This document shows positions 1 through 10,294 of a stretch of 64,000 nt of DNA, piece by piece. Origin of the DNA: Verrucomicrobiales bacterium (GTDB taxonomy: Bacteria; Verrucomicrobiota; Verrucomicrobiia; Verrucomicrobiales; SLCJ01); assembly GCA_046075565.1 (NCBI GenBank), contig JBJTQJ010000030.1:40873-104872 (forward strand). Direction: 5' to 3'. A model generated the notes under the pieces. That model ran no database searches and was not told where the DNA came from. It was given only the letters and a program-made list of their open reading frames with translations. A program made the translations under genes and the position numbers. The first letter of the stretch is position 1; every line of letters starts with the position of its first letter.

Positions 1-773
1 TGCCGGGCAGGGTGTCGGCGACCGGGTGTGCGGAAACCGAAGGCAAGGTGGGTTTGTTCCGTCTCGCGGGTCTCTCGGCGTGATGCACTGGCTCTCCGGA
101 CAGGGAAGGGGAGAGCACGGGCGGGTTTGCCAACCGGCAACGAACCAAAAAGTGGGCTCAGCTTTTCCACCACTTCGGCATGGGGCCAGGGTGAGGCGAC
201 GGCGAGAACGGTATTGGCCGCGACATGGGTGCGGTCGGTCCATTCCCGCAGCTCGGCGGGTCCGAGACGGGCAAGGCTGGCCGCCGTGCCGGTAATGATG
301 CGACCCAAAGGATGGTTCGGCCAGACCGCTTCGGAGAGCAGGTCTTCCACATGCTGCCCGGGGTTTTCCCGATACATCTGGATTTCTTCGAGGATGACTT
401 CTTTCTCCCGGCGGCAATCGCGTTCTGAGTAACGGGCATTGCGGAAAATGTCGGCGAGCACGTCGGCGGCGGTGTCGAGCCGGTCGGCAGGCACCACGGC
501 ATGGTAGCAGGTGTGGTCCTCGCTGGTGAAGGCATTCAATTCACCGCCGACGCCTTCAATATCGAGGGAAATTTTGCGTGCGGAGCGGCGGGCGGTGCCT
601 TTGAAAACCATGTGCTCGACCAAATGGGCGACCCCGGCGAGGCGGGCCGGTTCGTGCCGCGAGCCGGTGCCCGTCCAGACGCCCAAAGCGGCCACACGGC
701 GGTCGGGCAATTCGACCGTGCCAATGCGCATACCGTTCGGAAGGGTGCTTGTCTGGTGGCGGAGTGACTCCAT
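1..773 (-). CDS. M16 family (pitrilysin/insulinase-like) zinc peptidase, runs off the left edge
   Basis: Manual translation from ATG at 773 gives [18 protein letters not shown]...[23 protein letters not shown], with the inverted zinc motif HxxEH. Not in the ORF track, consistent with no stop before the window edge. Confidence 0.9.
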   Translation of the reverse strand, partial: MESLRHQTSTLPNGMRIGTVELPDRRVAALGVWTGTGSRHEPARLAGVAHLVEHMVFKGTARRSARKISLDIEGVGGELNAFTSEDHTCYHAVVPADRLDTAADVLADIFRNARYSERDCRREKEVILEEIQMYRENPGQHVEDLLSEAVWPNHPLGRIITGTAASLARLGPAELREWTDRTHVAANTVLAVASPWPHAEVVEKLSPLFGSLPVGKPARALPFPVRRASASRRETRETEQTHLAFGFRTPGRRHPAR

Positions 774-868
774 GGGAAAAAAACCATGGAACCGGGAAAC
801 GCCGGGTGCCAGCAGAAGCACGGCAAAATCTGTTCGCAGGGGAGGGTATGCGGGGCTACTTTCCTCCC

Positions 869-1504
869 ATGAACCATCCTTTGGGATTCGATGAGGCGCG
901 GGTGCTAGGTTGTCTGTTGGAAAAAGAAATGACCACCCCCGATGCCTATCCGCTCACGCCATCGGGCCTGCTCGCGGCGTGCAACCAAACAAGCAGCCGG
1001 GAACCGGTCGTGCAGTGGGAGATGGCGCAAGCGGAGCAAGCCGCGGCGGGGCTGCGCCAATGAGGCATGGCGGCGATGGTTCACATGGCGGGATCGAGGG
1101 TGCCGAAGTTCAAGCACTTGCTGGAAGAGTATTATCCCACCTTGGGGCGGCCGGAGAGGGCTTTGCTTTGTGTCATGCTTCTGCGCGGACCGCAATCGGC
1201 CGCTGAGCTAAGGGCCCGCACGGAGCGGATGGTTGCTTTCAACGACATCCAAGCAGTGGAAGTTGCGTTGGCTCGTCGCATCGGTCATGGAGAAGGGGCT
1301 TTGGTCGCCCAACTCCCAACAGGTCATGGTCGCCGGGTGGCGGAATACGCACATTTGTTAGGCGGCGAGGTGACGGCGAATGTTTCGCCGGCGAAATCGG
1401 CCACCTTCGTGCCTCCTCCGCCGGATCGCCTGGCTGCACTTGAAGAGGAAGTTGCTGCCCTGCGCGCGGAGCTCGAAGAGCTGAAAAGAAGCCTCGGCGT
1501 TTGA
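869..1504 (+). pseudogene. yceH: YceH/DUF480 family protein interrupted by an in-frame TGA at 1061-1063 (possibly a sequence error)
   Basis: ORFs 749..1063 and 1067..1504 share a frame. Motifs [57 protein letters not shown] and YAHLL are typical of DUF480. Confidence 0.8.
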
Positions 1505-1511
1505 ACGATCT

Positions 1512-3617
1512 TCATCCCACGTGGGAAAAGTCGACATCGCGTTCGAGGCAGGCTTTCCATGGTTGGTGCTCTGGCAGAGAGAGGTTGGGGTCGGAATCGA
1601 GGGTCAGGTCTGCCAATCGGCGGGCGGCGGCGATGAGCCGGGTATCGGTGATGCGCTCGAGGGCGGGGGCCTCGAGTCCGGGAAGCCCGCTTTGTTCGGT
1701 GCCAAGCACATCACCCGGTCCGCGTTGGCGCAAATCCTCTTCGGCAATGGCGAAGCCGTCGCGCGTGCGGGTGAAGATCTCAAGCCGGCCCGCGTGTTCC
1801 GTGTCGTCCTTGCCCAACAAAAGCAGGCAATAGGATTTGTGCGCGCCGCGCCCGACCCGGCCGCGCAACTGATGGAGCTGTGCCAGTCCGAATCGTCCGG
1901 CATCCTCGATGAGCATGACAGTCGCATTCGGCACGTCGACACCGACTTCGATCACGGTCGTGGTCACGAGGACGTGGATTTCCCCTTCCCGGAAGCGCGT
2001 CATGATGCCTTCCTTTTCTTCTGGTGGCGTGCGTCCTGTTAGGATGGCCGTTGTGTGACCGGGCAGGCGGCGTTGCCAGTCCTGCCATCCGCTGGTGGCA
2101 TCAGCGGCGTCTTGCTTTTCCGATTCTTCGACGAGGGGGTGCACGATGTAGGTCTGGCGCCCGAGGGCGAGTTGCTCGCGCACGAATTTGGTGACCCTGC
2201 GTTTGTCCGGAGCGATGCGGATGGCGGTGACGATTTCTCCACGCCCGGGTGGCAGTTCGTCGAGCACGGAGACATCGAGATCACCATAGAGTGTCATGGT
2301 GAGCGTTCGAGGGATGGGTGTGGCGGTCATCACCAGCACATGGGGGGCGGTGCCAAAGTCCATGAGCCGCGCCCGCTGGGCGACGCCGAATTTGTGCTGC
2401 TCGTCGATGACGATGAGCCCGGGTTCCACCAGTAGGTCGCGGGCTTTGGCGAAAAGCAGGGCGTGGGTGCCAATGACGATGTCCGGGCGTGTGCCATCAG
2501 GCGTAGCTTCGACCCGGGCTCCGGTGCGCAAGGCAACCGTGCATCCGAGCGGACTGAATTGGCGTGAAAATGTCCGGAAGTGTTGCTCGGCGAGAATCTG
2601 AGTCGGGGCCATGACGGCGGCCTGGCAGCCGGATTCGATGGCGAGTGCGATGGCGGCCATGGCAACGGCGGTTTTTCCCGAACCAACATCTCCCTGAAGC
2701 AGCCGCCGCATTGGGGAGCTTCGTTTCAAATCAGCGCGGATTTCCCGCACCGTGCGCTTCTGGGCTTCCGTCATGTCGAACGGAAAGCCCTTCGCCAGCT
2801 CGGCCAACAAAACCCCTCGGCCACAGCGGGCTTGGCCGGGAGCGGAGTCGCGAGCGCGGCGTCGATGGGCTACGGCAAGCTGGAGCCGGAAGAAGGCACC
2901 AAGGGCGAACTCTCTCGAGGCGGCGGCCAATTCTTCTTCGGACTCCGGGAAATGCAATGCACGCAGGCTGGAAAAGGCATCAGATGGCGAATGACCGAGC
3001 ACGGCCTCCGCTTCCTTCGCGCATCGGCTTGGCAGCAGGGGAGGGAAGGAAGTCGCGACCTCACTTGAGGAAATTTCCCCGAGCGCCCGGTGAATGAGGC
3101 TGCGGAGGAACTTCTGTTTGATACCCGTGGCCAGCGGATAGATCGGAACGATGCGGCCGACATGGATGGTGGTGATGGAGGTGTCATCCGGTTCTAGCAC
3201 TTCGATCTCCGGGTGGTCGATGATGAGCCGATCCTTCACCGCTTTCACTTTTCCATAAGCGAAGAGCCGATCGCCGCCCGCGATGGCTTTTTGCATCCAG
3301 GAGAGATTGAACCACCGGGCCACGAGTTTTCCTCCCTCGCCGCCTCGTGCGGGCACGAGGGTGGCTTCGAAGATGGATTTGGCACGCCCGAATCGTAACA
3401 AACGGGTGTCGATCACCATCGCATCAAGGGAAACCGGCAACGAACTCGCGGTGGTCGGGAACGCCGAAGCATGCCGTCGATCCTCATGGCGGCGGGGCAA
3501 ATGATGAAGCAGTTCGGCGACCGACTTCAAGCCGAGCGCGGCCAAGGCTGTCTTCTGCGGCGTGGTCAGACGAGTCCAGTCCGCGATGGCGGGTGATGGC
3601 GGCGGCGTTTCGGGCAT
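1512..3617 (-). CDS. recG: ATP-dependent DNA helicase RecG
   Basis: RLLQGDVGSGKT, DEQHKFG, MTATPIPRTL, TTVIEVGVDVPNA, QLHQLRGRVGRG and DGFAIAEEDLRQRGPG motifs. Start ATG overlaps the recJ stop (TGATG). Confidence 0.97.
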   Translation of the reverse strand: MPETPPPSPAIADWTRLTTPQKTALAALGLKSVAELLHHLPRRHEDRRHASAFPTTASSLPVSLDAMVIDTRLLRFGRAKSIFEATLVPARGGEGGKLVARWFNLSWMQKAIAGGDRLFAYGKVKAVKDRLIIDHPEIEVLEPDDTSITTIHVGRIVPIYPLATGIKQKFLRSLIHRALGEISSSEVATSFPPLLPSRCAKEAEAVLGHSPSDAFSSLRALHFPESEEELAAASREFALGAFFRLQLAVAHRRRARDSAPGQARCGRGVLLAELAKGFPFDMTEAQKRTVREIRADLKRSSPMRRLLQGDVGSGKTAVAMAAIALAIESGCQAAVMAPTQILAEQHFRTFSRQFSPLGCTVALRTGARVEATPDGTRPDIVIGTHALLFAKARDLLVEPGLIVIDEQHKFGVAQRARLMDFGTAPHVLVMTATPIPRTLTMTLYGDLDVSVLDELPPGRGEIVTAIRIAPDKRRVTKFVREQLALGRQTYIVHPLVEESEKQDAADATSGWQDWQRRLPGHTTAILTGRTPPEEKEGIMTRFREGEIHVLVTTTVIEVGVDVPNATVMLIEDAGRFGLAQLHQLRGRVGRGAHKSYCLLLLGKDDTEHAGRLEIFTRTRDGFAIAEEDLRQRGPGDVLGTEQSGLPGLEAPALERITDTRLIAAARRLADLTLDSDPNLSLPEHQPWKACLERDVDFSHVG

Positions 3618-5296
3618 CACGGATTGGGGTCGCTCGAACGCAGGGCGGACACGCGCATCTGTGGAGATCGGCGGCCATTCCATTCGTTGGCTTCGAGGTG
3701 GAATACAACATCCCACGGCGGAGCAGGCAGGGGACCACGCGTAGCACCGCCAAACCAGATGGCATCGCAGAAACCGCGTCCCTGACGCACGGGGATTTTA
3801 TAATGTTTTTCCTTGAGCACACGCGGAGGATTCGAGGGCTCGACCCCCCGCACGACGAGCAGGGGTTCGCCGAAACCCTGGCCGAATGGACTGAGCCATT
3901 TCCAAGCGTCTAACAAGGCATCATTCAACTCCTCCAGCCTCACCACGGCATCAGGGGCGATCACGGGATGGAAGACCGAAGGATCGACGATGGCGGCGAC
4001 ATGTGCGGTGACCGCTTCCCGGAATCCCTCCACCTCTTCATGTCGGATGGTGATGCCAGCGGCCATGTCGTGCCCTCCGCCTTTGACCAGCCGATCGCGA
4101 CAAGCGTGGATGATGTTGGTCAGGGAAATACCTGCGATTGAACGGGCCGAGCCCTTACCCATGCGGTTGTCGTCGAAACCGATGACAAAGGCCGGCCGAT
4201 GGAAGTGGCGTGCGATGCGCGAGGCCACGATGCCGACCACGCCCGGATGCCAGGAATCGCCGGAAAGCACGAAGGCCGGGACATCGCCGAGGATCTCCGC
4301 TTGAGCGAGGGCTTGTTGGAAGACCTCCTGTTCGAGTTGCTGGCGCTCGCGATTATGGTCATCGAGCAGACCGGCCAATTCATCGGCAGTAGTTTCATCG
4401 GCGGCAGCCAACAAGTCGAAGGCATGGCGGGCGGTATCCAGACGGCCGGCCGCGTTCAAGCGTGGGCCTAGGCGGAATCCGATGTCGCTGGCGACCATTT
4501 TCCCATTCAGGCCCGCGAGTTTTTTCAAGGCAACCAGTCCGGGGCGGTTCGTGCGCGCGAGTTCCGCGAGTCCGTGGCGCACGAGCAAGCGGTTCTCATC
4601 CACCAGTGGAACAATGTCGGCCACCGTCGCTAGCGCGACCAGATCGAGATGGGCCTTCAAATCAAAGACCGAGCGATCGAGCGGACGCGTTTTCAAGAGT
4701 CCGTGGATCACTTTGAAGACGACTCCGGCGGAGCAGAGGTAGGGTTGTTCGCCGCTTACTTTCGGGTTCACGATGGCGGCGCAGGCGGGCATTCCCTCCG
4801 GCGCGGCCTCATGGTGATCGAGGACGATCAAATCCACGCCCCTTTCGGCCAGCCAAAGCGCCTCGTGTGACGACGTCGTCCCGCAATCGACGGCCACGAC
4901 CAGAGAGGGATTCGTTTCTTCCAGGCAACGCGCGAGACCGTCTTCGGAGAGCCCATACCCTTCCTCCATGCGATGGGGCAGGGTCACCGATGCTTGCACA
5001 CCGTAGGCGGCCAGACCGGAGCGGAGCAACGCGAGGGAGCTTACGCCGTCAACATCGTAATCTCCGTAGAGAGTCACCCGTTCACCCTTGTCGACGGCGG
5101 CTAACAAACGCGCGACCGCCTTGTCGAGCCCGCGAAGGAGAAATGGATCCCGCAAATCCTGCAAACGCGGACGGAGGAAGGCATCAGGGGTTTGAATTCC
5201 GCGACGGTGCAAGATTTCCGCCACCAACCGCGGGTATCCCGGCAACAAGGGGGGATCGACAGCGGGGGGAAGAATCCAGCGTGGTTCGGAGCGCAT
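3617..5296 (-). CDS. recJ: Single-stranded DNA exonuclease RecJ
   Basis: YGDYDVDG, VDCG, DHH, TVADIVPL..ENR, PRLNAAGR and GGHDMAAG motifs. Confidence 0.97.
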   Translation of the reverse strand: MRSEPRWILPPAVDPPLLPGYPRLVAEILHRRGIQTPDAFLRPRLQDLRDPFLLRGLDKAVARLLAAVDKGERVTLYGDYDVDGVSSLALLRSGLAAYGVQASVTLPHRMEEGYGLSEDGLARCLEETNPSLVVAVDCGTTSSHEALWLAERGVDLIVLDHHEAAPEGMPACAAIVNPKVSGEQPYLCSAGVVFKVIHGLLKTRPLDRSVFDLKAHLDLVALATVADIVPLVDENRLLVRHGLAELARTNRPGLVALKKLAGLNGKMVASDIGFRLGPRLNAAGRLDTARHAFDLLAAADETTADELAGLLDDHNRERQQLEQEVFQQALAQAEILGDVPAFVLSGDSWHPGVVGIVASRIARHFHRPAFVIGFDDNRMGKGSARSIAGISLTNIIHACRDRLVKGGGHDMAAGITIRHEEVEGFREAVTAHVAAIVDPSVFHPVIAPDAVVRLEELNDALLDAWKWLSPFGQGFGEPLLVVRGVEPSNPPRVLKEKHYKIPVRQGRGFCDAIWFGGATRGPLPAPPWDVVFHLEANEWNGRRSPQMRVSALRSSDPNP

Positions 5297-5307
5297 GATG
5301 GCGAAAT

Positions 5308-5793
5308 TCAATCCTGGGGCTCAGCGAGTTGGTCCGGCAAGAGGAAGCCGCGTTGGCCCTCTTGGGGCAGCACCCATTCCGCCTCAATGGTGGTGGTTTC
5401 AATCACTGCATAACCGGGCGCGCTATTGAAAAAGGAGAGGAAATAGGCGCGACTCTTATCCTCGAACAACGCCCAGACTTTCTTAATCCGTTTGATGTCT
5501 TCGAGTACGCGGGATTCGCCGCGCAAGTAGAGCACGATATCGCGTTCGGCATCCACGAGCATCCATTCGGTGCGGGGATTCTTTCGGATGTGGCGGATCT
5601 TCGCGCTATCGGGCGAGGTGAGGGAATAAAGGTGGTGCCGATCAGGTGGGCACGCGGTGCCCATCCAGGCCGCATGGGGCCAGCCTTCGTTGGAAACGGT
5701 CGTAAAAATGGCCACGGCTCCGCCATCGGCAGGCGATTTGAGCATGCGGCGCAGCCTTTCGAGGATTTCGGGAGCGGGAGAAATGGAGTGCAT
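5308..5793 (-). CDS. Pyridoxamine 5'-phosphate oxidase-like FMN-binding protein (general stress protein 26-like)
   Basis: FTTVSNEGWPH...TSPDSAKIRHIRKNP split-barrel pattern. GGGAGG RBS upstream of ATG 5793. Confidence 0.75.
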   Translation of the reverse strand: MHSISPAPEILERLRRMLKSPADGGAVAIFTTVSNEGWPHAAWMGTACPPDRHHLYSLTSPDSAKIRHIRKNPRTEWMLVDAERDIVLYLRGESRVLEDIKRIKKVWALFEDKSRAYFLSFFNSAPGYAVIETTTIEAEWVLPQEGQRGFLLPDQLAEPQD

Positions 5794-5903
5794 CAACCTC
5801 CCATGCAACCACATCCGGGGGCATTCGGCAAGAGAATGGACCAAAATCGTCGTCCGTGACGTAATTATCTCGGGCGGATCTTCGTCCGAAAGCACAAAAA
5901 TCC

Positions 5904-7016
5904 ATGAAGTGGTCCTTTTCCATCGGCCGGGTCGCGGGTACGGATGTACGCATCCATGTCACCTTTTTCCTCCTCTTGGCCTTCATCGCCTTCAGTTACG
6001 GGGCCATGGGGGCTTTGCTCACCGTCACCCTCTTTCTGTGCGTGCTTCTGCACGAATTCGGCCACATTTTCGCGGCCAAACGCTACGGAATACGCACTCC
6101 GGATGTGACCCTCTTGCCAATCGGCGGGCTGGCCCGTCTCGAGCGGATGCCGAAAAAGCCGAGCGAGGAACTGGTAGTCGCCCTCGCCGGGCCGGCCGTG
6201 AACGTGGTCATCGCCGCCGGCTTGTTCCTATTCCTCGGAGGAATGCCCAAGCACACGCTCACGCCCAAACTCGACGGGGTGCCGGCCTTTCTTCAAACGG
6301 TCATGGTCGCCAACATCTGGCTCGCCATTTTTAATCTGTCCCCGGCCTTTCCCATGGATGGAGGACGCGTCCTCCGCGCCCTGCTCGCCACGAAGTTACC
6401 CTACACCCGCGCGACCCAAATCGCCGCCACCATCGGACAGGTCATCGCCTTCGCCGGAGGCATCTGGGCTCTGCTCAACATGCAGCCGATTCTCGTTCTG
6501 ATTGCCTTCTTCATCTTCATCGGCGCCGGGCAAGAAGCTTCGTCCGTGCGCATGGACTCGGCAACCACTGGTTTGCCGGTGACCTCGGCGATGATGACCC
6601 GTTTCCAGATTCTTTCGCCGCAGGACAGTCTGCAAGCCGCCATCACCGCTCTGCTTGCCGGTTCGCAACATGATTTCCCCGTCGTTGATGGCGGGGGGCG
6701 CGTGCGGGGCATTCTCGTTCGCGCCGATCTCTTCAAGGCGCTCGGCGAACACGGCCCGGGCCACTCAGTTTATGAAATCGCGAGGAAGGAGCCGCCGATT
6801 CTGCGCACCGATTTCATGCTTACTCATGCCCTCGGCATCCTCTCCGAAAGTGGATTCGCCACCTTGCCGGTGCTGGACGCGGAATCCGAGCGTCTTGTTG
6901 GTCTGCTGACTTCCGAAAATGTCGCGGAAATGATGATGATTGCCCAGGTGGTCGAAAGCCGCCGCGAGAGGCTGGGAGGCCCGACCCCGCCTCCGTTGCC
7001 GGACGAGAGGACTTGA
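5904..7016 (+). CDS. Site-2 protease (M50) with tandem CBS domains
   Basis: HEFGH zinc motif, ALAGPAVN, NLSPAFPMDGGR, TM segments and C-terminal CBS pair (FPVVD, LPVLD). Confidence 0.93.
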   Translation: MKWSFSIGRVAGTDVRIHVTFFLLLAFIAFSYGAMGALLTVTLFLCVLLHEFGHIFAAKRYGIRTPDVTLLPIGGLARLERMPKKPSEELVVALAGPAVNVVIAAGLFLFLGGMPKHTLTPKLDGVPAFLQTVMVANIWLAIFNLSPAFPMDGGRVLRALLATKLPYTRATQIAATIGQVIAFAGGIWALLNMQPILVLIAFFIFIGAGQEASSVRMDSATTGLPVTSAMMTRFQILSPQDSLQAAITALLAGSQHDFPVVDGGGRVRGILVRADLFKALGEHGPGHSVYEIARKEPPILRTDFMLTHALGILSESGFATLPVLDAESERLVGLLTSENVAEMMMIAQVVESRRERLGGPTPPPLPDERT

Positions 7017-7025
7017 GATTACCGT

Positions 7026-8150
7026 TCATTTTCCGAAGACAAAACAGACCGGTGCGGGACAGGCCACTGGCTCGCCCGACGGGCTCAGTTTGCCTGTCTC
7101 TGGGTCGATGCGGTGGACTTGGATGGTGTTCGAAGCTTGGCCACCCGCTAGCAACCATTTTCCATCCGGGCTGATGGCGAAATTCCGGGGGATCTTCACG
7201 CCCGCCGGAACATGCTGGATGGCTTGCAGCTTGCGGTCGGAGCCCACGGAAAAAACCGTGATGAAGTCGCGCCCTTGGTCGGTTAGGTCACGGGTGGATG
7301 AGTAAACGAATTTACCACCGGGATGAACGCGGATTTCTGCGGAGGTCAGGCCATCGACGGGAAGATTGTCGGGACGACCCGCAGCGACGTGGAGAGGTTT
7401 GAGTTTTCCTTCCTCCGCCGACCAATCGAAAACGCCCACCGTCTGGTCGAGTTCGTTGACGACAAAGATGGTTTTGTTATCCGTGCCCACGGCCAGATGG
7501 CGTGGCCCCGCTCTTGGGGGTGTCGATGCCCGGGAGACCTCGCGCACGAAACTGGCACCCGCGTCGATTTCATAAACCACCACCGCGTCGCAACCCAAAT
7601 CAGGTGCCGCGGCATGACGACCACCGGGCAGTGGAACAAACGCATGTGCATGCGCTTCTTTCTGCCTTTCATGTGGACCTTGCCCTTTGTGTTCGATAAG
7701 GGAAACCCTCCGCAAGGATCCGCTCTCTTTGTTAAAGGCAAATGAAGCGACCGAGCCGCCGCCGTAGTTTGCGGCCAGAACGGTCTTGCCATCCGCAGTG
7801 AAACTCACATGGCAGACCCCGCCACCGGTGACGGCACGAGCCACTTCCTCCCATGGAGCATCGTCTTTCATCCTCCAGACCACCACATGACCGCTCGGCT
7901 TTTTTTCTCCGTCCGCCTGGAGATTGGCGGTCGTCACGGCGTGAGAGCCATCGCTGGAAAGCGCGAGAAATCCCGCCCGATCCACCTTGGCCACCCGCTC
8001 GGGGGCAGACAGTTTGCCGGTTTCTGTATCGAATTTCGCCCGGTAAGCCCCAGCATTTTCGCCCTCCGCGAATGTGCCAATCCAGGCATCGACCGTCGCC
8101 GACTGGAGCAGGGGTGTGGTAGCGAGGAAAAGGAAGAGTAGGCAGCGCAT
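7026..8150 (-). CDS. Secreted lactonase (6-phosphogluconolactonase/Pgl-like 7-bladed beta-propeller)
   Basis: Signal peptide; ANYGGG, RQKEAHAH, DLGCD, GPRH, VNEL and PRNFAISPDG motifs. Confidence 0.9.
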   Translation of the reverse strand: MRCLLFLFLATTPLLQSATVDAWIGTFAEGENAGAYRAKFDTETGKLSAPERVAKVDRAGFLALSSDGSHAVTTANLQADGEKKPSGHVVVWRMKDDAPWEEVARAVTGGGVCHVSFTADGKTVLAANYGGGSVASFAFNKESGSLRRVSLIEHKGQGPHERQKEAHAHAFVPLPGGRHAAAPDLGCDAVVVYEIDAGASFVREVSRASTPPRAGPRHLAVGTDNKTIFVVNELDQTVGVFDWSAEEGKLKPLHVAAGRPDNLPVDGLTSAEIRVHPGGKFVYSSTRDLTDQGRDFITVFSVGSDRKLQAIQHVPAGVKIPRNFAISPDGKWLLAGGQASNTIQVHRIDPETGKLSPSGEPVACPAPVCFVFGK

Positions 8151-8243
8151 GCCGCCATAACCACTTGTCGCGGGCGATTCTGTCAGCCAAATTCCTGACA
8201 GACCCGCTCGCCCGCGGGCGTCTTCTTCTCACCAAACGTTGCC

Positions 8244-9311
8244 ATGAATCCGCGCCATCTCGTCTTCGCCTCACTTCTTACCACCATGTCCACCCTTTCC
8301 GCTGCCGAGGGGCTTTCCCCCGACTGGACCAATGTCGCACCCGCCGATGCCCAAATCATGGGTGACTACGAAGGCACCTACCTTGATGCTCCCAAGGGTC
8401 ACTACTTCGAAATCAACAAACCGGTGGCCGCTCAGCTCATGAATGTCAGCGATGGCCAGTATGCCATCCGCTTCACCCAACAGCTCGATGCCCGGTCCGA
8501 TCCCTATTTTGAAGGTTCGGCCAAGCTCGAAGGTGACGCGGTTGTCTTCGACGAAAAGGGATGGAGCGGCAGAGCGACCAAAGACGATCTCACCGGCATT
8601 GCCAACTATGGCGGCAAGCAGGTGAAATTTGATCTCAAACGTGTCGACCGCGCATCCCCGACCCTCGGAGCGAAAGCCCCCGAAGGGGCCGTTGTCCTCT
8701 TCGACGGAAAAAACTTCGACCAATGGCAGCACGGCGACGGACGCCCGGTTACCTGGCGCATTCTGGAAAACGGGGTCATGGAAATCCCGAATCCGAAATC
8801 CAAGGAGGACCGCGAGAAACGCATCGGCGGCGACATCCAAACGAAGGAATCCTTCGGCGACTGCCGCATCCATCTCGAATTCCGTTATCCGGTGGAGCCC
8901 GGTAAAGCCGGCCAAGGACGCGGCAACAGCGGGTTCTTCTTCCAACGCGACTACGAAGTGCAAATCCTCAACTCCTACGGACTCCACGGATATTGGAATG
9001 AATGTGGTGCCCTTTACAAACTCTCCCCGCCCAAGGTGAATGCCGCTCGTCCGCCGATGCAATGGCAGACCTATGATGTCGAATACACGGCCTCGGTCTG
9101 GAAAGATGGCAAAATGACCGCCGCTCCCCGCATCACCGTGCTTCACAACGGTGTGCTCATCCACGATGACCAGGAAATCAGCCACGTCACCGCGCATGCC
9201 TTCGACCAACGCGAGAAAAACCCGCAAGGCCCCGGACCCATCCGCCTTCAGGATCACAGCAATGCCATCCAATTCCGGAATATCTGGATCGTCCCAGGCA
9301 AGAAGAAGTAG
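8244..9311 (+). CDS. DUF1080 (3-keto-disaccharide hydrolase-like) secreted protein
   Basis: VLFDGKN, FGDCRIHLEF, GRGNSG, YEVQIL, WQTYDV and GPIRLQDH..IQFRNIWI motifs. Confidence 0.9.
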   Translation: MNPRHLVFASLLTTMSTLSAAEGLSPDWTNVAPADAQIMGDYEGTYLDAPKGHYFEINKPVAAQLMNVSDGQYAIRFTQQLDARSDPYFEGSAKLEGDAVVFDEKGWSGRATKDDLTGIANYGGKQVKFDLKRVDRASPTLGAKAPEGAVVLFDGKNFDQWQHGDGRPVTWRILENGVMEIPNPKSKEDREKRIGGDIQTKESFGDCRIHLEFRYPVEPGKAGQGRGNSGFFFQRDYEVQILNSYGLHGYWNECGALYKLSPPKVNAARPPMQWQTYDVEYTASVWKDGKMTAAPRITVLHNGVLIHDDQEISHVTAHAFDQREKNPQGPGPIRLQDHSNAIQFRNIWIVPGKKK

Positions 9312-9368
9312 CAAGTCGAGCGCTCAACCACCGGCTACCGGCCGGGAAACGTCAATCTACCATCCACC

Positions 9369-9632
9369 ATGAACAAACCAAAGATCAGTCAGTTCGCCCC
9401 CATTCCTGTCACTGTCGAAGCCGGCAAAACCTACTATTGGTGTTCCTGCGGCGAGAGCAAAGGCCAGCCTTTTTGCGACGGATCCCACAAGGGCACGGGC
9501 TTCTCTCCTGTCGCTTACACCGCCGAGAAGGATGGCCCGGTCTATTTCTGCGCCTGCAAACACGGAGGCAATGGCGTTCTCTGCGATGGTAGCCACAAAT
9601 CGCTTCCACGCGAGTCCGCGAAAACGGATTAA
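9369..9632 (+). CDS. CDGSH iron-sulfur domain protein (two CDGSH motifs)
   Basis: WCSCGES..QPFCDGSH and FCACK....LCDGSH. Confidence 0.93.
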   Translation: MNKPKISQFAPIPVTVEAGKTYYWCSCGESKGQPFCDGSHKGTGFSPVAYTAEKDGPVYFCACKHGGNGVLCDGSHKSLPRESAKTD

Positions 9633-9695
9633 CCCACCTAACAAGCCACCTGCGCACGGTGCCGACCCTTTGCCGCAGAACTTTCGATTCAACGG

Positions 9696-10211
9696 CTACC
9701 ATTCTTCCAGAAAAACCCTTGGCTCGGGTTCGCCATTCTCCGGGAGCAAGGCGAGGAGTTCATTGATGGTGTGACGGTGTCCTCCGGGGATGCGATCCGG
9801 CGCGATGCGGGCAAGAGGGACAAGCACGAAGCGCCGGTTGGCCATACGAGGGTGGGGGAGGATGAGGTCGGGTGTGGCGAATGTGCCCGATTCAAGATAA
9901 AGGAGGTCGATATCGATGGGACGGGGAGCATTCCGGTGGCGATCTTTGGGCAAAGGACGGCCGAACTCCGCCTCGATGGCTTGGCAGGCACGGTGAAAGT
10001 CGGTTAGCCTGCCGTCGGGGATGTCGAGTTCCAGCGCGGTATTGAGAAAATCAGGGGAACCGGGCGGGCAATCGACGGGCGCGGTCGCGTAGATAGGCGC
10101 TTGGCGAAAATCCGACTGCGAACCGGCGGCGGCGAGCACGGCATCGCGCGCGCGGGCCAGCCACTGGCCGCGGTCGCCGAGATTCGAGCCCATGGCCACT
10201 CCGATGCGCAT
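9696..10211 (-). CDS. folK: 2-amino-4-hydroxy-6-hydroxymethyldihydropteridine diphosphokinase
   Basis: From ATG 10211: MRIGVAMGSNLGD, FLN, NAPRPIDIDLL, LPHPRM..RRFVLVPL. The longer ORF-track N-terminus is antisense to the AraC gene. Confidence 0.95.
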   Translation of the reverse strand: MRIGVAMGSNLGDRGQWLARARDAVLAAAGSQSDFRQAPIYATAPVDCPPGSPDFLNTALELDIPDGRLTDFHRACQAIEAEFGRPLPKDRHRNAPRPIDIDLLYLESGTFATPDLILPHPRMANRRFVLVPLARIAPDRIPGGHRHTINELLALLPENGEPEPRVFLEEW

Positions 10212-10294
10212 GGGCAAACATGGAATGGAGACGGGCGTGGGAAAATTGAAATTTTCTCCGGGACGCGCGGCAAGAATTATGGCATCGGTGGGAA

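Noticed and set aside
1515..1526. TCCCACGTGGGA palindrome as parS
   Set aside because: It lies within the recG coding end and lacks the outer GTT/AAC arms of the parS consensus.
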